From a virus: 64,000 nt of DNA. Within the stretch, counting starts at the first letter, position 1; every line of letters begins with the position of its first letter. The stretch is taken from positions 1-64,000 of the IMG/VR virus record IMGVR_UViG_3300047160_002519, one strand, 5' to 3'. This document shows positions 1 to 9,901 of this stretch, one piece after another. A program made the position numbers and the translations under genes. The notes below the pieces were generated by a model. The model worked only from the letters and a program-made list of their open reading frames with translations. It had not been told where the DNA came from and ran no database searches.

Positions 1-1
1 C

Positions 2-1765
2 CCCACGGCAGCCCAGGTCATCAACTGGGGCTTTGATGGGGTATGGCCGCAGCCGCCCCGGCAGCGATGGGAACTGCGAGGCGGCATCGGGCACCGCGTG
101 ATGTTCTTCTCCACGGCTCCCCAGGTCATCAACTGGGGCTTTGAGGGGATATGGCCACCGCCACCGCGGAATCGATGGGAACTGCGAGGCGGCGGCATCG
201 GGCACCGCGCGATGATTCCGGTATTCGGCCCGTGGTATAATACCGGCTACGAAGTCCAGTCGGTGCAGCCGCCCCATCCTCGGCCCGAGCGCGCCAGCGG
301 ATTGTTCGCGCGCGGCGATGACGGCGCGGAAAACCCGATGGCGGTACTCGTTCCGTTCTCGAGTTGGGGATTCGATCAGACGGCGACGCAACCGCCGCGT
401 TGGAAGTGGGAACTTCGCGGAGCCGGGCTCAAGCACAGGAGCGAATTTGCATTCTTTCCGACTCCGTTCCCCGAAGGATGGCAAGTCCAGCCGGTACAGC
501 CACCGCACCCGCGCCCCGAGCGGGCGGGCTCGCTCATGCGCGGCGACGACGGCGCTGAAAACGTATTCCAGTTCAGACCACCTGATTTCATCAATATGGG
601 ATCGGACGGCGTCTACCCGCAGCCGCCGCACCGCCGTGTCGAGAAATTCGCTGGGCTCGTAGGCGGCGACCCGGGCATGCAAGCGATCTTCGTGCGCTGG
701 CAAAACATCGGCTGGGAGATTGCGCCGCATCAACCACGGCATCCGCGTGTTGAAAAATTCGCCACGATGGTAGGCGGCGACCCGGGGATCGAGGGGACCT
801 ACACGGCCTGGATCAATGGTGGCTGGCCAGTACAGCCCGTCCAGCCTGGTCACCCGCGTCCAGAACGCTCGGGTTCGATCGCCCGGGGCGAAGATGGGAT
901 CGAGAACATCTACTTCCCGACCGCCCCACAAATCATCAATTTGGGATTCGATGGCGTCTGGCCTCAACCGCCCCATCAACGCCCCGAGCGCGCAGGCGCG
1001 ATTGCCAAGGGCGACGAAGGAACGCAGGGCACCTATCAGGTTTGGCGCAATGGCGGATGGGAGCCGACGCCGGTGCACCCGCCCCATCCCCGCCCGGAGC
1101 GAAGCGGCGCTATAGCGCGCTGGGAGGACGGCACAGAGGCGGTCTACAGCTTCATCCCGCCCGGCTTCGTCTCCTGGGGCTACGAGCCGCCAATCACCTA
1201 CATGCACGTTCGCTATGCGCGAGCGGCTGCGACGATGCGGGGCGACGACGGCATCGAGGGCACCTACTCGCGTTGGATCAATGACGGCTTCGAGCAGGTT
1301 GACTCGCAGGCGCGGGTGTTGCGGCTGGAACGCGACAAGGCCGCCCTGATGCGCGGTGACGACGGGACGGCCATCCCGCTGATCTTCTGGCGCAATAGCG
1401 GCTGGGAAATCCAGCCACCGCAACCGCCGCATCCGCTCCGCGAGAAGTCCGGCTCGCTGATGAAAGGCGACGAAGGCATCGAGGCGGCGTTCGTCTTCGT
1501 GCCGTTCCTGCAAGTCTCGTGGTGGGCACAGACGGACATCACCTACAGCCGCGCTGGCATCTATCACCCGGCTGGCGCGATCATGCCGTGGGAGCAAGAG
1601 GGCTGGTACCAAAAAGTCCTCGTGCCCGTGTTTTATGCATGCTCGGTCATCACGACTTGGACAGCGCAGACGAGCGTAAGCACGGAGAGCGCGCAAAGCG
1701 TGGTAACACAAGCGAGCGGGCAAACGACGGTGAAGGGCGAACCGCAAGGAGGACCCTGCCAATGA
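2..1765 (+). CDS. 5'-truncated Pro/Trp/Gly-rich repeat protein, probably virion-associated
   Basis: Frame is open from base 2 (PTAAQVINWGFDGVWPQPP...); ~41-aa repeats GWxxQPxQPPHPRPERxGxxxRGDDGxE; located in the neck gene cluster. Confidence 0.75.
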   Translation, partial: PTAAQVINWGFDGVWPQPPRQRWELRGGIGHRVMFFSTAPQVINWGFEGIWPPPPRNRWELRGGGIGHRAMIPVFGPWYNTGYEVQSVQPPHPRPERASGLFARGDDGAENPMAVLVPFSSWGFDQTATQPPRWKWELRGAGLKHRSEFAFFPTPFPEGWQVQPVQPPHPRPERAGSLMRGDDGAENVFQFRPPDFINMGSDGVYPQPPHRRVEKFAGLVGGDPGMQAIFVRWQNIGWEIAPHQPRHPRVEKFATMVGGDPGIEGTYTAWINGGWPVQPVQPGHPRPERSGSIARGEDGIENIYFPTAPQIINLGFDGVWPQPPHQRPERAGAIAKGDEGTQGTYQVWRNGGWEPTPVHPPHPRPERSGAIARWEDGTEAVYSFIPPGFVSWGYEPPITYMHVRYARAAATMRGDDGIEGTYSRWINDGFEQVDSQARVLRLERDKAALMRGDDGTAIPLIFWRNSGWEIQPPQPPHPLREKSGSLMKGDEGIEAAFVFVPFLQVSWWAQTDITYSRAGIYHPAGAIMPWEQEGWYQKVLVPVFYACSVITTWTAQTSVSTESAQSVVTQASGQTTVKGEPQGGPCQ

Positions 1766-2079
1766 CAACGAACACGATCACGAGAGGCGCAACGGTACAG
1801 TGGGCGACGACGTTCTATGACGTGAACTCGAATGTCATCCAGCCGGACAACGCGACGATCAACATCCTGCCCTCGATGACACAGATCGCAATCGCGATCC
1901 CGATGACACCTCCCGCCGGGCAGGCAGTGGCATGGACGGCGCTGTGGGACACGCGCGGTATTCCGCCCGGGCAGGTCTACTGGTCGATCCACACCGGACA
2001 TTCCGATCCGATCCCCGTCGTCGCGGAGGACGGATCTTTGGTGCTGAGTGCGAATCCAGCTAACCTTGTGACGTTCTAG
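1762..2079 (+). CDS. Small Ig-like/beta-sandwich virion protein
   Basis: ATGA overlap with upstream stop, RBS AGGAGG; MTTNTITRGATVQWATTFYD... beta-rich. Confidence 0.55.
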   Translation: MTTNTITRGATVQWATTFYDVNSNVIQPDNATINILPSMTQIAIAIPMTPPAGQAVAWTALWDTRGIPPGQVYWSIHTGHSDPIPVVAEDGSLVLSANPANLVTF

Positions 2080-2107
2080 GCGAAGGTATCGAGAGAGGGA
2101 AAAGGTC

Positions 2108-2491
2108 TTGAACTTACACGCGATCGTTGGTCCGATCGTCTCGACGATCAATCCGTCGATCACGATCCAGCTTCAGAAGTCAACCGGCTACGCCACCAAC
2201 GCGGACGGCTCGCGCACACCGGCCTACGCGCCAGCAATCAACGTGACCGCGCAGGTGCAGCCGGAGACATGGCGCGATATTCAACAGATGGACGGCTTGA
2301 ACATCCAGGGCACGCGCAAGGTGATGTACATCAACGGCGCGACCGATGGCCTTGTCCGCGTGTTCGCGATGGGCGGCGATATCGTCACCTTCCCCGATGG
2401 CACGGTCTGGCTGGTCGCGCAGACGCTCGAAGATTTCAGCCTCACGGCAGGATGGACGAAAGCCGCGCTCACCCTGCAGAACGGGAGTTGA
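2108..2491 (+). CDS. Head-closure / head-tail connector protein
   Basis: MNLHAIV...STGY...DGSRTPAY...AQVQ...GGDIVTF...WLV pattern typical of this phage family; synteny. Confidence 0.75.
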   Translation: MNLHAIVGPIVSTINPSITIQLQKSTGYATNADGSRTPAYAPAINVTAQVQPETWRDIQQMDGLNIQGTRKVMYINGATDGLVRVFAMGGDIVTFPDGTVWLVAQTLEDFSLTAGWTKAALTLQNGS

Positions 2492-3007
2492 ATGAAGGCC
2501 ACCATCTTCTGGCTTTGCATTGTGGGGTTTGTCATGACCGTAAGCGGATTGGCACTGAAGAACGGCGAGGACCTACTCGGCCGCTTCATTCTGGCAACCG
2601 GCATATGGATCATGGTCTGCGGGCTGTTGTTGCTACTTGGATCGCAAGTGCTGGCGATGGACGGCGACAACCACGGCAACCACGGCGATCTGAAGCAATG
2701 GTTCGGTGACCTTCACTCCGACAAGGGACCGTGCTGCGCGGATGCGGACGGCTTCGTGATCGAGGACTCGGACTGGGAGTCCAAGGATGGGCACTACCGG
2801 GTGCGGCTGCCGTTCGAAAAGGACATGGACGGACACCCGGTTCTGATCGTAAAGCGGCCGACAGGCCCGGATACCGAGTGGAAGTGGGTCGACGTGCCGA
2901 ACGAATCGGTGGTCCGCGCGCCGAACCTCTACGGCAAGACGGTGGTATGGCCCATCGGTGGGGACTCGACAACGATCCGGTGCTTTATGCCAGGACAGAT
3001 GGGTTAG
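2492..3007 (+). CDS. Membrane-anchored/secreted Cys-containing hypothetical protein
   Basis: Two hydrophobic N-terminal segments, then WF..L.S.KGPCCADADG...PN..G..VVW...IRCFMPG. Confidence 0.6.
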   Translation: MKATIFWLCIVGFVMTVSGLALKNGEDLLGRFILATGIWIMVCGLLLLLGSQVLAMDGDNHGNHGDLKQWFGDLHSDKGPCCADADGFVIEDSDWESKDGHYRVRLPFEKDMDGHPVLIVKRPTGPDTEWKWVDVPNESVVRAPNLYGKTVVWPIGGDSTTIRCFMPGQMG

Positions 3008-3017
3008 GAGGGACACG

Positions 3018-3647
3018 ATGAGCAAGAAAACGTTTCTGAGAGGAGCCACGGGCATCGGGATCATCCTGGCCGCTTCGCTCTCGCTCGCGGTCATGCTGGC
3101 CGTGATCTCGCCCCCGATACGCGATGCCAGGGCGCAGATGCCCGGCGGACTCGGCATGGTCTCGATGGGCGTTTGCCAGATTCCCGCCGTCAGCATGAAC
3201 GCGGGCACGAGCTTTGCGACATGCGTGGCGGCGACCTTCACGGCGACTTGCACGGGCACCTCGATCGCGGCCACCTCGGTTACCGGCGACATTTCGCAGG
3301 GCTGGCTACTCTCCGGGACCGGCATCGTCTCGGGCACCTACATCACCGGCGGTCCGCTGACGGGCGGCGCGGGCACCTACACGGTATCGCAGCCTTGCAC
3401 CTCCTCGGCCAATTCGATCTCCTCGATCGGACCCCCGAACGGCGCGACGGCAGTGTTGCTCGGGGCCGACACGCAAAGCGCTCGCTTCCGGGATGACGGC
3501 GGGGCACCGACCGCCTCGGCCGGGATGCTGATTGTGGCGACGCAACAGCCGTACTTCTTCACCGGGACCGTGCGGCAGCTACAGTTCATCAGCGCGACTG
3601 CAGGCAGCATCCTCAACGCCGCATTCTACAAAACGAGTTCACCATGA
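3018..3647 (+). CDS. Signal-peptide-bearing beta-rich virion-like protein
   Basis: RBS AGGAGG; n/h/c-region ending ARA|Q; one copy of the shared beta module; 4 Cys. Confidence 0.65.
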   Translation: MSKKTFLRGATGIGIILAASLSLAVMLAVISPPIRDARAQMPGGLGMVSMGVCQIPAVSMNAGTSFATCVAATFTATCTGTSIAATSVTGDISQGWLLSGTGIVSGTYITGGPLTGGAGTYTVSQPCTSSANSISSIGPPNGATAVLLGADTQSARFRDDGGAPTASAGMLIVATQQPYFFTGTVRQLQFISATAGSILNAAFYKTSSP

Positions 3648-3793
3648 AAGTCTTGGAAGCGTTGCTAGAGCGGCTGCGGACCCCGACCGGGCTGGCGTTC
3701 TTCCTGGCTGGATGCGCGGTTGCGATTTTCCTGCGACGGTACGTGCTGCATGATTGCTGGTCGGCCATCCTCGTCGGTGTCGCATGCCACTGA
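3644..3793 (+). CDS. Small membrane protein (49 aa)
   Basis: ATGA-coupled ORF MKVLEALLERLRTPTGLAFFLAGCAVAIFL..., hand translated. Confidence 0.45.
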   Translation: MKVLEALLERLRTPTGLAFFLAGCAVAIFLRRYVLHDCWSAILVGVACH

Positions 3794-4512
3794 TCAAGAC
3801 CCTCTCGCCCGCGCAATCCGACGCGCAGACCGCGCTCAAAGCGTTCTTGGCCGATCTCTTCCCAACCGGCGAGATGATCGCGGCCCAGGCGAACCGGGTA
3901 CCCGAGCCGCACACGGCGAACTTCGTCCTCATGAGCCTGATCCGCTTCGAGCGGCAAGCCACGAACGTCGATGGGAATAGCGACGTCCGCCTGCAGGGCT
4001 CGATCGCCGCGACCACCCTGACCGTCACGGCGGTCACGCTCGGCACCATCGTCCCAGGAATGCCCCTGTTCGGCCCAGGGGTGGCCTACGGCACGCTGAT
4101 CGTCGCACAGTTATCCGGTAACCCCGGGAGCACCGGGACCTACTCGGTGAGCGTCTCTCAGACGGTGGGAGCCGAGGTTCTATCGGGCGGCACCAAGATC
4201 GTCACGACCAGCTATACCGCGACAATCCAGTGCGACTTCCACTCGGCCGACTATACGGCGGGCAATTGGGCTCAGATTTTCTCGGGACTATTCCGAGACG
4301 AGTACGCCACAACGTTCTTTGCGGGACTTTCGACCGGCGCGACCATCACCCCGCTCTATTCCGACGATGCCGAACAGCGCCCCTTCATTAACGAGAACCA
4401 ACAGTACGAGTGGCGCTGGGTGGTCGATGCCAAGCTTCAGATCGATCAGACGGTTACGGTCCCGCAGACCTACGACGACGCGGTCACGGTGGTGCCCTAC
4501 TTCGTTCCGTGA
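3784..4512 (+). CDS. Tail terminator / neck protein
   Basis: Immediately upstream of sheath; AQANRVPEP...Q.DF...LFRD.Y...PLYSDD..Q.PFIN...QYE.RW. Confidence 0.75.
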   Translation: MPLIKTLSPAQSDAQTALKAFLADLFPTGEMIAAQANRVPEPHTANFVLMSLIRFERQATNVDGNSDVRLQGSIAATTLTVTAVTLGTIVPGMPLFGPGVAYGTLIVAQLSGNPGSTGTYSVSVSQTVGAEVLSGGTKIVTTSYTATIQCDFHSADYTAGNWAQIFSGLFRDEYATTFFAGLSTGATITPLYSDDAEQRPFINENQQYEWRWVVDAKLQIDQTVTVPQTYDDAVTVVPYFVP

Positions 4513-4551
4513 TAGGCATAGCCCCACGACTCGCCCGAGGGAGAGAGCCTG

Positions 4552-6507
4552 ATGTCCACGATTCCGGCATCACAAATCGTACAGGTCACCCCAAGTGTCC
4601 TCTCCGCAGGCGGCACCGGACTTCAAGGCACCGGGCTGATGCTGGACAACACCTCCCGCATCCCGCTCGGCACGGTCGCAAGTTTCAATTCGGCTCAGGC
4701 GGTCACTGCCTATTTCGGCGCGGCGTCCAAGCAGGCGGCCGAAGCGGCAATCTACTTTGCAGGTTTTGCGGGCGCGACGATCCTGCCCTCGGCGCTCTTG
4801 ATGGCGCAGTACAATCAGAGCGGAGCGGCAGCCTTTCTGCGCGGCGGATCGCTGGCCACCATGACGCTGGCACAGCTTCAATCGATCTCCGGCTCGCTGA
4901 ACATCACGATTGACGGCTACGCACATAACGCGGGCGCGCTGAACCTGTCGGCAGCGACCAGCTTCTCCAATGCTGCCTCGATCATTCAGACCGCGATCAA
5001 CGCCGCGCTGGCGGCGAGCGGCACATCGACCGCTTCGACGATCGCGACCGGCAGCTTTACAGTCACCGGATCGATCGCGGGCAATGTCCTGACCGTAACG
5101 AACGTGGGCTCGGGCGCGGTTATCAACGGCGCGACCATTACCGGCGGCGCGATCCTGGCGGGCACCACGATCCAGGGCCAGCTTTCGGGCACGGCAGGCG
5201 GCATCGGCACCTACGCGGTCAATCAATCGCAGATCGTGGCTTCGCTCTCGATCACCGGCAGCTATGGCTTGCTGACGGTCGGCGGCACGGTGGGCGGCCT
5301 CTGGGCGGTCGGGCAGACAGTCTCGGGCGGCACGACTTCCGCAGGCACCATCATCACTCAGCTTGGCACCGGCACCGGCGGCGCGGGCACGTACTATGTC
5401 AACAATTCACAGACGGTGGCGAGTGCGGCCCTGTCCGGCAATCCGACGCCTGCGCTGGTGACTTTCGATTCCGTGTCGAGCGCGTTCGTGATCACGTCGG
5501 GCATCGGCGGCGCGGCCTCGTCTATTGCATTTGCCACAGGGACCACGGCGGCGGGACTGGCGCTGACTTCGGCCACGGGCGCGGTGATTTCGCAGGGATC
5601 GGCTCCGCTGACCCCCGCCGCGTTCATGACCGGGCTGATCACGGTCAATTCGGCCTGGGTCAACTTCATGACGATCTTCGACCCGGACGGCGGCAGCGGG
5701 AATACGCAGAAGCAAGCCTTCGCCCTGTGGAAAAACACGGCGCTCGGCGGCAACCGCTTCGCCTACTTCTGCTGGGACCCGGACGCCTCTCCGACCGTGA
5801 CGGTGCCCGCCACGTCGAGCCTGGGCTACATCCTTGAGCACAATAATGACACCGGCACGGTTTTGATTTGGGAAGGGCTCGCCACCCAAGACAACGGATT
5901 GTGCGCCTTCGCGCTCGGCTGGGCGGCCTCGATCAACTACAATCAGATCAACGGCCGCGCGGTCTTGGCCTTCCGCAACCAGCCAGGACTCACCGCGAAC
6001 GTCACCGATCCGATCACCGCAGGCAATCTAGCGGGCAACTTCTACAACTATTATGGAGCCTACGGCGCGGCCTCTACGAGCTTCATCTGGGAGTACAGTG
6101 GACAGATCACCGGGCCGTTCAACTGGGCCGACAGTTTCGAGACCCAGGTCTGGCTGAACAGCTTCTTCCAGCAGCAACTGCTCGCGCTATTTAACAACGC
6201 GCTGTCGGTACCTTTTACGCAGCAAGGCATCGGGCTGATCCAACAGGCGTGCCAGACGGTGATCCAGCAAGGGCTGGCCTTCGGCGCATTCGCACCGAAC
6301 ACTTTGACGCCGAGCCAGATCGCGCAGGTGAACGCGCAGGCAGGAGCCAACATCTCCGGGACGCTGCAAACCCAGGGCTACTATCTGCAGGTCAACATTC
6401 CGAGCCAAACGGTGCAGGTGGCGCGCGGGCCGTGGTCGATTACGTTCTTCTACATCGATCGCAACGCGGTGCAGAGCATCACCATGGCCTCGATCATGGT
6501 CCCGTAA
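4552..6507 (+). CDS. Tail sheath protein (DUF3383-like) with two inserted beta modules
   Basis: MSTIPASQIVQVTPSVLSAGG start, YNYYGAY, GYYLQ, C-terminal VQSITMAS; synteny. Confidence 0.9.
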   Translation: MSTIPASQIVQVTPSVLSAGGTGLQGTGLMLDNTSRIPLGTVASFNSAQAVTAYFGAASKQAAEAAIYFAGFAGATILPSALLMAQYNQSGAAAFLRGGSLATMTLAQLQSISGSLNITIDGYAHNAGALNLSAATSFSNAASIIQTAINAALAASGTSTASTIATGSFTVTGSIAGNVLTVTNVGSGAVINGATITGGAILAGTTIQGQLSGTAGGIGTYAVNQSQIVASLSITGSYGLLTVGGTVGGLWAVGQTVSGGTTSAGTIITQLGTGTGGAGTYYVNNSQTVASAALSGNPTPALVTFDSVSSAFVITSGIGGAASSIAFATGTTAAGLALTSATGAVISQGSAPLTPAAFMTGLITVNSAWVNFMTIFDPDGGSGNTQKQAFALWKNTALGGNRFAYFCWDPDASPTVTVPATSSLGYILEHNNDTGTVLIWEGLATQDNGLCAFALGWAASINYNQINGRAVLAFRNQPGLTANVTDPITAGNLAGNFYNYYGAYGAASTSFIWEYSGQITGPFNWADSFETQVWLNSFFQQQLLALFNNALSVPFTQQGIGLIQQACQTVIQQGLAFGAFAPNTLTPSQIAQVNAQAGANISGTLQTQGYYLQVNIPSQTVQVARGPWSITFFYIDRNAVQSITMASIMVP

Positions 6508-6517
6508 GGAGGAGCGG

Positions 6518-6949
6518 ATGTCTCTCACGTCAGCCAATGCGGTGATTTCGCTTTCGCAGGCGACGCTGTTTCCCATCCCGCAGGTGCTGCAGAACTTCGC
6601 GGCCGACGACGTTACTGACATCGAAGCGGCGCGGGTGTTGGAGCATCAGATGGGCGTCGATGGCGTGTTGTCCTTCGGCTTCGTCTGGGTGGAACGAATC
6701 CAAGAGATCACGCTGAAAGGGGACTCGGCTTCGAACGGCTTCTTCGACGCGATCAATCAACAGCAAGAGGCGGCCCAGGACGTCTATCCCTTGAACGGGA
6801 CTATCATCTTGCCGAGCGCGGGCATCATGTTTACGCTGGTCAACGGCGGGCTGGAGACCTACAAGCCGATCCCCGCCGTTCGAAAAATCCTCCAGCCGCG
6901 ACGCTTTCGAATCGTATGGGGACGGGTGCAGCAAGTCCCAACGAGGTAG
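6518..6949 (+). CDS. Tail tube protein
   Basis: MSLTSANA...LQNFAAD...MGVDG.LS.GFV; directly follows sheath. Confidence 0.85.
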   Translation: MSLTSANAVISLSQATLFPIPQVLQNFAADDVTDIEAARVLEHQMGVDGVLSFGFVWVERIQEITLKGDSASNGFFDAINQQQEAAQDVYPLNGTIILPSAGIMFTLVNGGLETYKPIPAVRKILQPRRFRIVWGRVQQVPTR

Positions 6950-6951
6950 GC

Positions 6952-7464
6952 GTGCGACGACAAGAGGTGGTCAAGATCCCAGAGGATCCGAAGTTTCAGC
7001 GTGACATCGGCAAGCATTTCCTCATCACCGAATGGCCAGCGGCGAAGTCCGAACATTGGGCGATCCGTATGCTGTTCGCCTACAACAGAGGCGGCGGCCA
7101 AATCCCGATGGAAGCCATCGGCGGCGGCATGCAGATGATTTTCTGGCTCGGTCTCAACACCTTCCTGCGCGGTCAGGCGCAAGCCGATGAAGTGATCCCG
7201 ATCATCGATGAGCTTCTGGAGTGCGTTAAGATCATCCGCGACCCGAATGCGCGCGGGCCGGACGGGCACATCATCGCGACCGATCTCATTAGCGATGACG
7301 ATATCGAGGAAACCCTCACAAGGCTGTGGCTGCGGTCGGAGGTAATCCGCATCCACACGCATTTTTCGCCTTACGACATCGTCTCGACCTTGATCTTGGC
7401 CGCGATAAAGGCGGCCGAAGTAGCTTCGTCGAACCTCCAAACGTCCCAAGAAGCATCGCGGTAG
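6952..7464 (+). CDS. Tail assembly chaperone (gpG-like)
   Basis: Between tube and tape measure; RD.GK.F.ITE.PA...E.WA.R...DIEE..T...LR.EV...H; GTG start inferred. Confidence 0.75.
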   Translation: MRRQEVVKIPEDPKFQRDIGKHFLITEWPAAKSEHWAIRMLFAYNRGGGQIPMEAIGGGMQMIFWLGLNTFLRGQAQADEVIPIIDELLECVKIIRDPNARGPDGHIIATDLISDDDIEETLTRLWLRSEVIRIHTHFSPYDIVSTLILAAIKAAEVASSNLQTSQEASR

Positions 7465-7625
7465 CGATCACGATGGAGCATCCGCGCGTCACGCTCGCGG
7501 AGCTTCAGACGGTCTACGGTTTGGAGGACCTCTACAATCTGTTAGAAGTCGGGATGGTTCGCGCCCACAACGAGCGACTCGCGCAAGAGCGGGCCGAGCG
7601 GGAGGCGAAACAGCGAGGGATGTGA
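7326..7625 (+). CDS. Tail assembly chaperone extension (gpGT-like), likely via -1 frameshift
   Basis: Overlapping -1 frame encodes NVPRSI...TLAELQTVYGLEDLYNLLE and ends 1 nt before the tape measure gene. Confidence 0.6.
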   Translation: MAAVGGNPHPHAFFALRHRLDLDLGRDKGGRSSFVEPPNVPRSIAVAITMEHPRVTLAELQTVYGLEDLYNLLEVGMVRAHNERLAQERAEREAKQRGM

Positions 7626-7626
7626 T

Positions 7627-9117
7627 ATGGCCACCGTCCTCGACAGCCTCGTGTTGGAGTTCAACCTCGACCCGTCGCAGTTCACGCGAGAGCAGCAACG
7701 CATCCTCGATCAAATCCGCAAGATGCAGGAGGAGGTGAAAACCCGCGCCATCGACATCGAGAGTTCGGTTAAGCGAATCACCAGCACGTTCTCGAACCTG
7801 CAACGCGGCGCGCTCGGCGTGATCGGCGGCTTCTTCGGAGGCGAGGTGCTCAAGACCATTGACGGCTTCGCCCGGATGGAAGCTCAGGTCGGCCGGATCG
7901 CGACCACCATCGGTCTCTCGGCGCAACAAACGCTGGCCTGGGGGAACGCGTTCAAGGCGCTCGGCTACGATACTCAGGCGGGCCTGTCGGCGCTGGCGCA
8001 GACCACCTCCACGATCGAGCAGGGGGCGCTCACCGGAAATCTCAGCGCGGGACTGTTCACGGTATCCCAGGCCCTCGGACGGCAGGGCATGGCACCGATC
8101 AATCTCCTGCGGGGCGGCACCGGACCCGAGGGCCACATGACCGCCCCGGAGGCATGGCTGGCGATCACAAAGCGCCTGGATGAACTCGATATCCAGGGAC
8201 CGAGGCGCGCGGCGTTGCTGGACAAAGCTGGATTGGATCCTTCCACGCGAATGCTGCTGATGGAGGGAGCGCCAGCCATTGCCAAGCTGGTCGCGGAGAT
8301 GCAGCGGCTTGCCCCGCTCACCAAGGAGGAGGCCGACCGGGCGCAGGAGTACGTCAAGAACGTCGCCAAGCTTGATACCGCTTTTTCCCACCTAGGCATG
8401 GTGGTGACCAATCTGGCGACCGGGCCGCTCGCGGCATTCGCGGAGTTCCTGGCGCAATGGCTGGGAGGACAGAGCTCGCAAGGCGCTGGTATCAGCATGC
8501 ATGATTGGATTGTTAATGATTGGATGGGATTTCGTGGTTCGTCGGCAATCAAGGACGCAGCGAAGCGAGCGGCGGGCACCAATGCGGCGGGAGATTTCGC
8601 GGCCGTTACGCAGGGCGGCTACACGGAAGCAACGCCATTCCCGGCGATCCGCCCGGGCGAGGACGCGAACACCGCGCGCATGATCATCGCAGCGGCACAG
8701 CGCGCGGGCATCGATCCGAACATCGCATTGAAGGTCTGGTCGAGCGAAGGGCGCGGGGCCTACACCGGAGACAAGGGAACGTCATTTGGTCCATTCCAAC
8801 TGCATTACGGCGGCGGGCTCGGGGACACCTTCTCGGCCATGACGGGACTGAGCGCGGCCGACCCGCGCACGGTGCCGCAACAGATCGAGTTCGCTATGCA
8901 ACAGGCGAAGCGACTCGGCTGGGGACCGTGGCATGGATGGCATGGCTCTCCGACAGCGGGCGGCGCGGGGCGGCCGGGACCGGCACCCCAGCATACGAGC
9001 TTCAACATCCAGCAAATGAACGTCACCGGCGACAACTCGAAAGAGGTGGCGAGCAACATCGGAAAGCAGGTCGAGCGGATGAAGATCGCCTACCTCGCCA
9101 ACAGCGCAGCGGTGTGA
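7627..9117 (+). CDS. Tape measure protein with C-terminal lysozyme/transglycosylase-like domain
   Basis: MATVLDSLVLEFNLD start, helical Ala-rich body; AA.RAGIDP..ALKV..SEG...SFGPFQL. Confidence 0.85.
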   Translation: MATVLDSLVLEFNLDPSQFTREQQRILDQIRKMQEEVKTRAIDIESSVKRITSTFSNLQRGALGVIGGFFGGEVLKTIDGFARMEAQVGRIATTIGLSAQQTLAWGNAFKALGYDTQAGLSALAQTTSTIEQGALTGNLSAGLFTVSQALGRQGMAPINLLRGGTGPEGHMTAPEAWLAITKRLDELDIQGPRRAALLDKAGLDPSTRMLLMEGAPAIAKLVAEMQRLAPLTKEEADRAQEYVKNVAKLDTAFSHLGMVVTNLATGPLAAFAEFLAQWLGGQSSQGAGISMHDWIVNDWMGFRGSSAIKDAAKRAAGTNAAGDFAAVTQGGYTEATPFPAIRPGEDANTARMIIAAAQRAGIDPNIALKVWSSEGRGAYTGDKGTSFGPFQLHYGGGLGDTFSAMTGLSAADPRTVPQQIEFAMQQAKRLGWGPWHGWHGSPTAGGAGRPGPAPQHTSFNIQQMNVTGDNSKEVASNIGKQVERMKIAYLANSAAV

Positions 9118-9120
9118 GCC

Positions 9121-9891
9121 ATGGTCGCGATCCCTTCAGCCATCAACATCCCGCTTCTATTTTCGGACGCCTCGGACATTCTGCTGGGCGCGCTGCTCCA
9201 GCCGACCTGGGGCGTCTATCTGAACGGGATGCCGGTGCTCTCGCCAGCGCCCTACAATAACACGGGCGGGCTCGCGGGCACGCTGGCAAGCGTGGTGCAG
9301 ATCGCGGGCACGATCGGCAACGTGCTGGGCTCGGTCAACTCGCTGCTCGGCGGCGGCACCGGCGGGGTCTTTCAGGCCCCCGTGGTGCCAGCCATCGCAT
9401 CGACGGTCGAGTTCGAATACCTGCAGGACCTTCCGATCGCGAACTATCCGCAGGAGAACGGGGCCTTCCAAGCCTACAACAAGGCAACGATGCCGTTTTC
9501 GATCCGGCTGCGGGTGTGCTCGGGCGGCTCGGTGTCGGCGCGGCAGGCCTTCCTCTACACATGCCAAGCGATCAAGGACTCGTTTCAACTGTTCACGGTG
9601 ATCACGCCTGAGATGGTTTTTTCGAGTGCGAACTGCTCGCACATCGACTGGCGGCGCACTGCGGATCGCGGCAACACGCTGATTCAGGTGGACTTGACCT
9701 TCGAGCAAGTGCCGATCGTGGCGGCGACCAGCCTGACGAATACGATCGCGCCAGGAGACGCGGGCCAACAATCGATCGGCAGCGTGATCCCGCAACAGAA
9801 TTCATCGGCGGGCTTCACCGCGCCGCTGTTCCAGGGCCAAGGCGTGCCAGGGACCGGGCGGCTGTACGTTTCGCCAGGACCGCCAACGTAA
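9121..9891 (+). CDS. Baseplate/tail-tube initiator (Dit-like) protein
   Basis: IANYPQENGAFQAYNK..P motif; follows tape measure. Confidence 0.7.
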   Translation: MVAIPSAINIPLLFSDASDILLGALLQPTWGVYLNGMPVLSPAPYNNTGGLAGTLASVVQIAGTIGNVLGSVNSLLGGGTGGVFQAPVVPAIASTVEFEYLQDLPIANYPQENGAFQAYNKATMPFSIRLRVCSGGSVSARQAFLYTCQAIKDSFQLFTVITPEMVFSSANCSHIDWRRTADRGNTLIQVDLTFEQVPIVAATSLTNTIAPGDAGQQSIGSVIPQQNSSAGFTAPLFQGQGVPGTGRLYVSPGPPT

Positions 9892-9901
9892 GGGGAGCGC
9901 G

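Noticed and set aside
1-1500. Repeats as a CRISPR array or DGR template/variable pair
   Set aside because: Repeats are in-frame and degenerate at the protein level; no unique spacers, cas genes or reverse transcriptase
2650-2664. LAMDG as a head-protease site
   Set aside because: Lies at the end of a hydrophobic leader in a non-head protein; more likely a signal-peptidase context or chance
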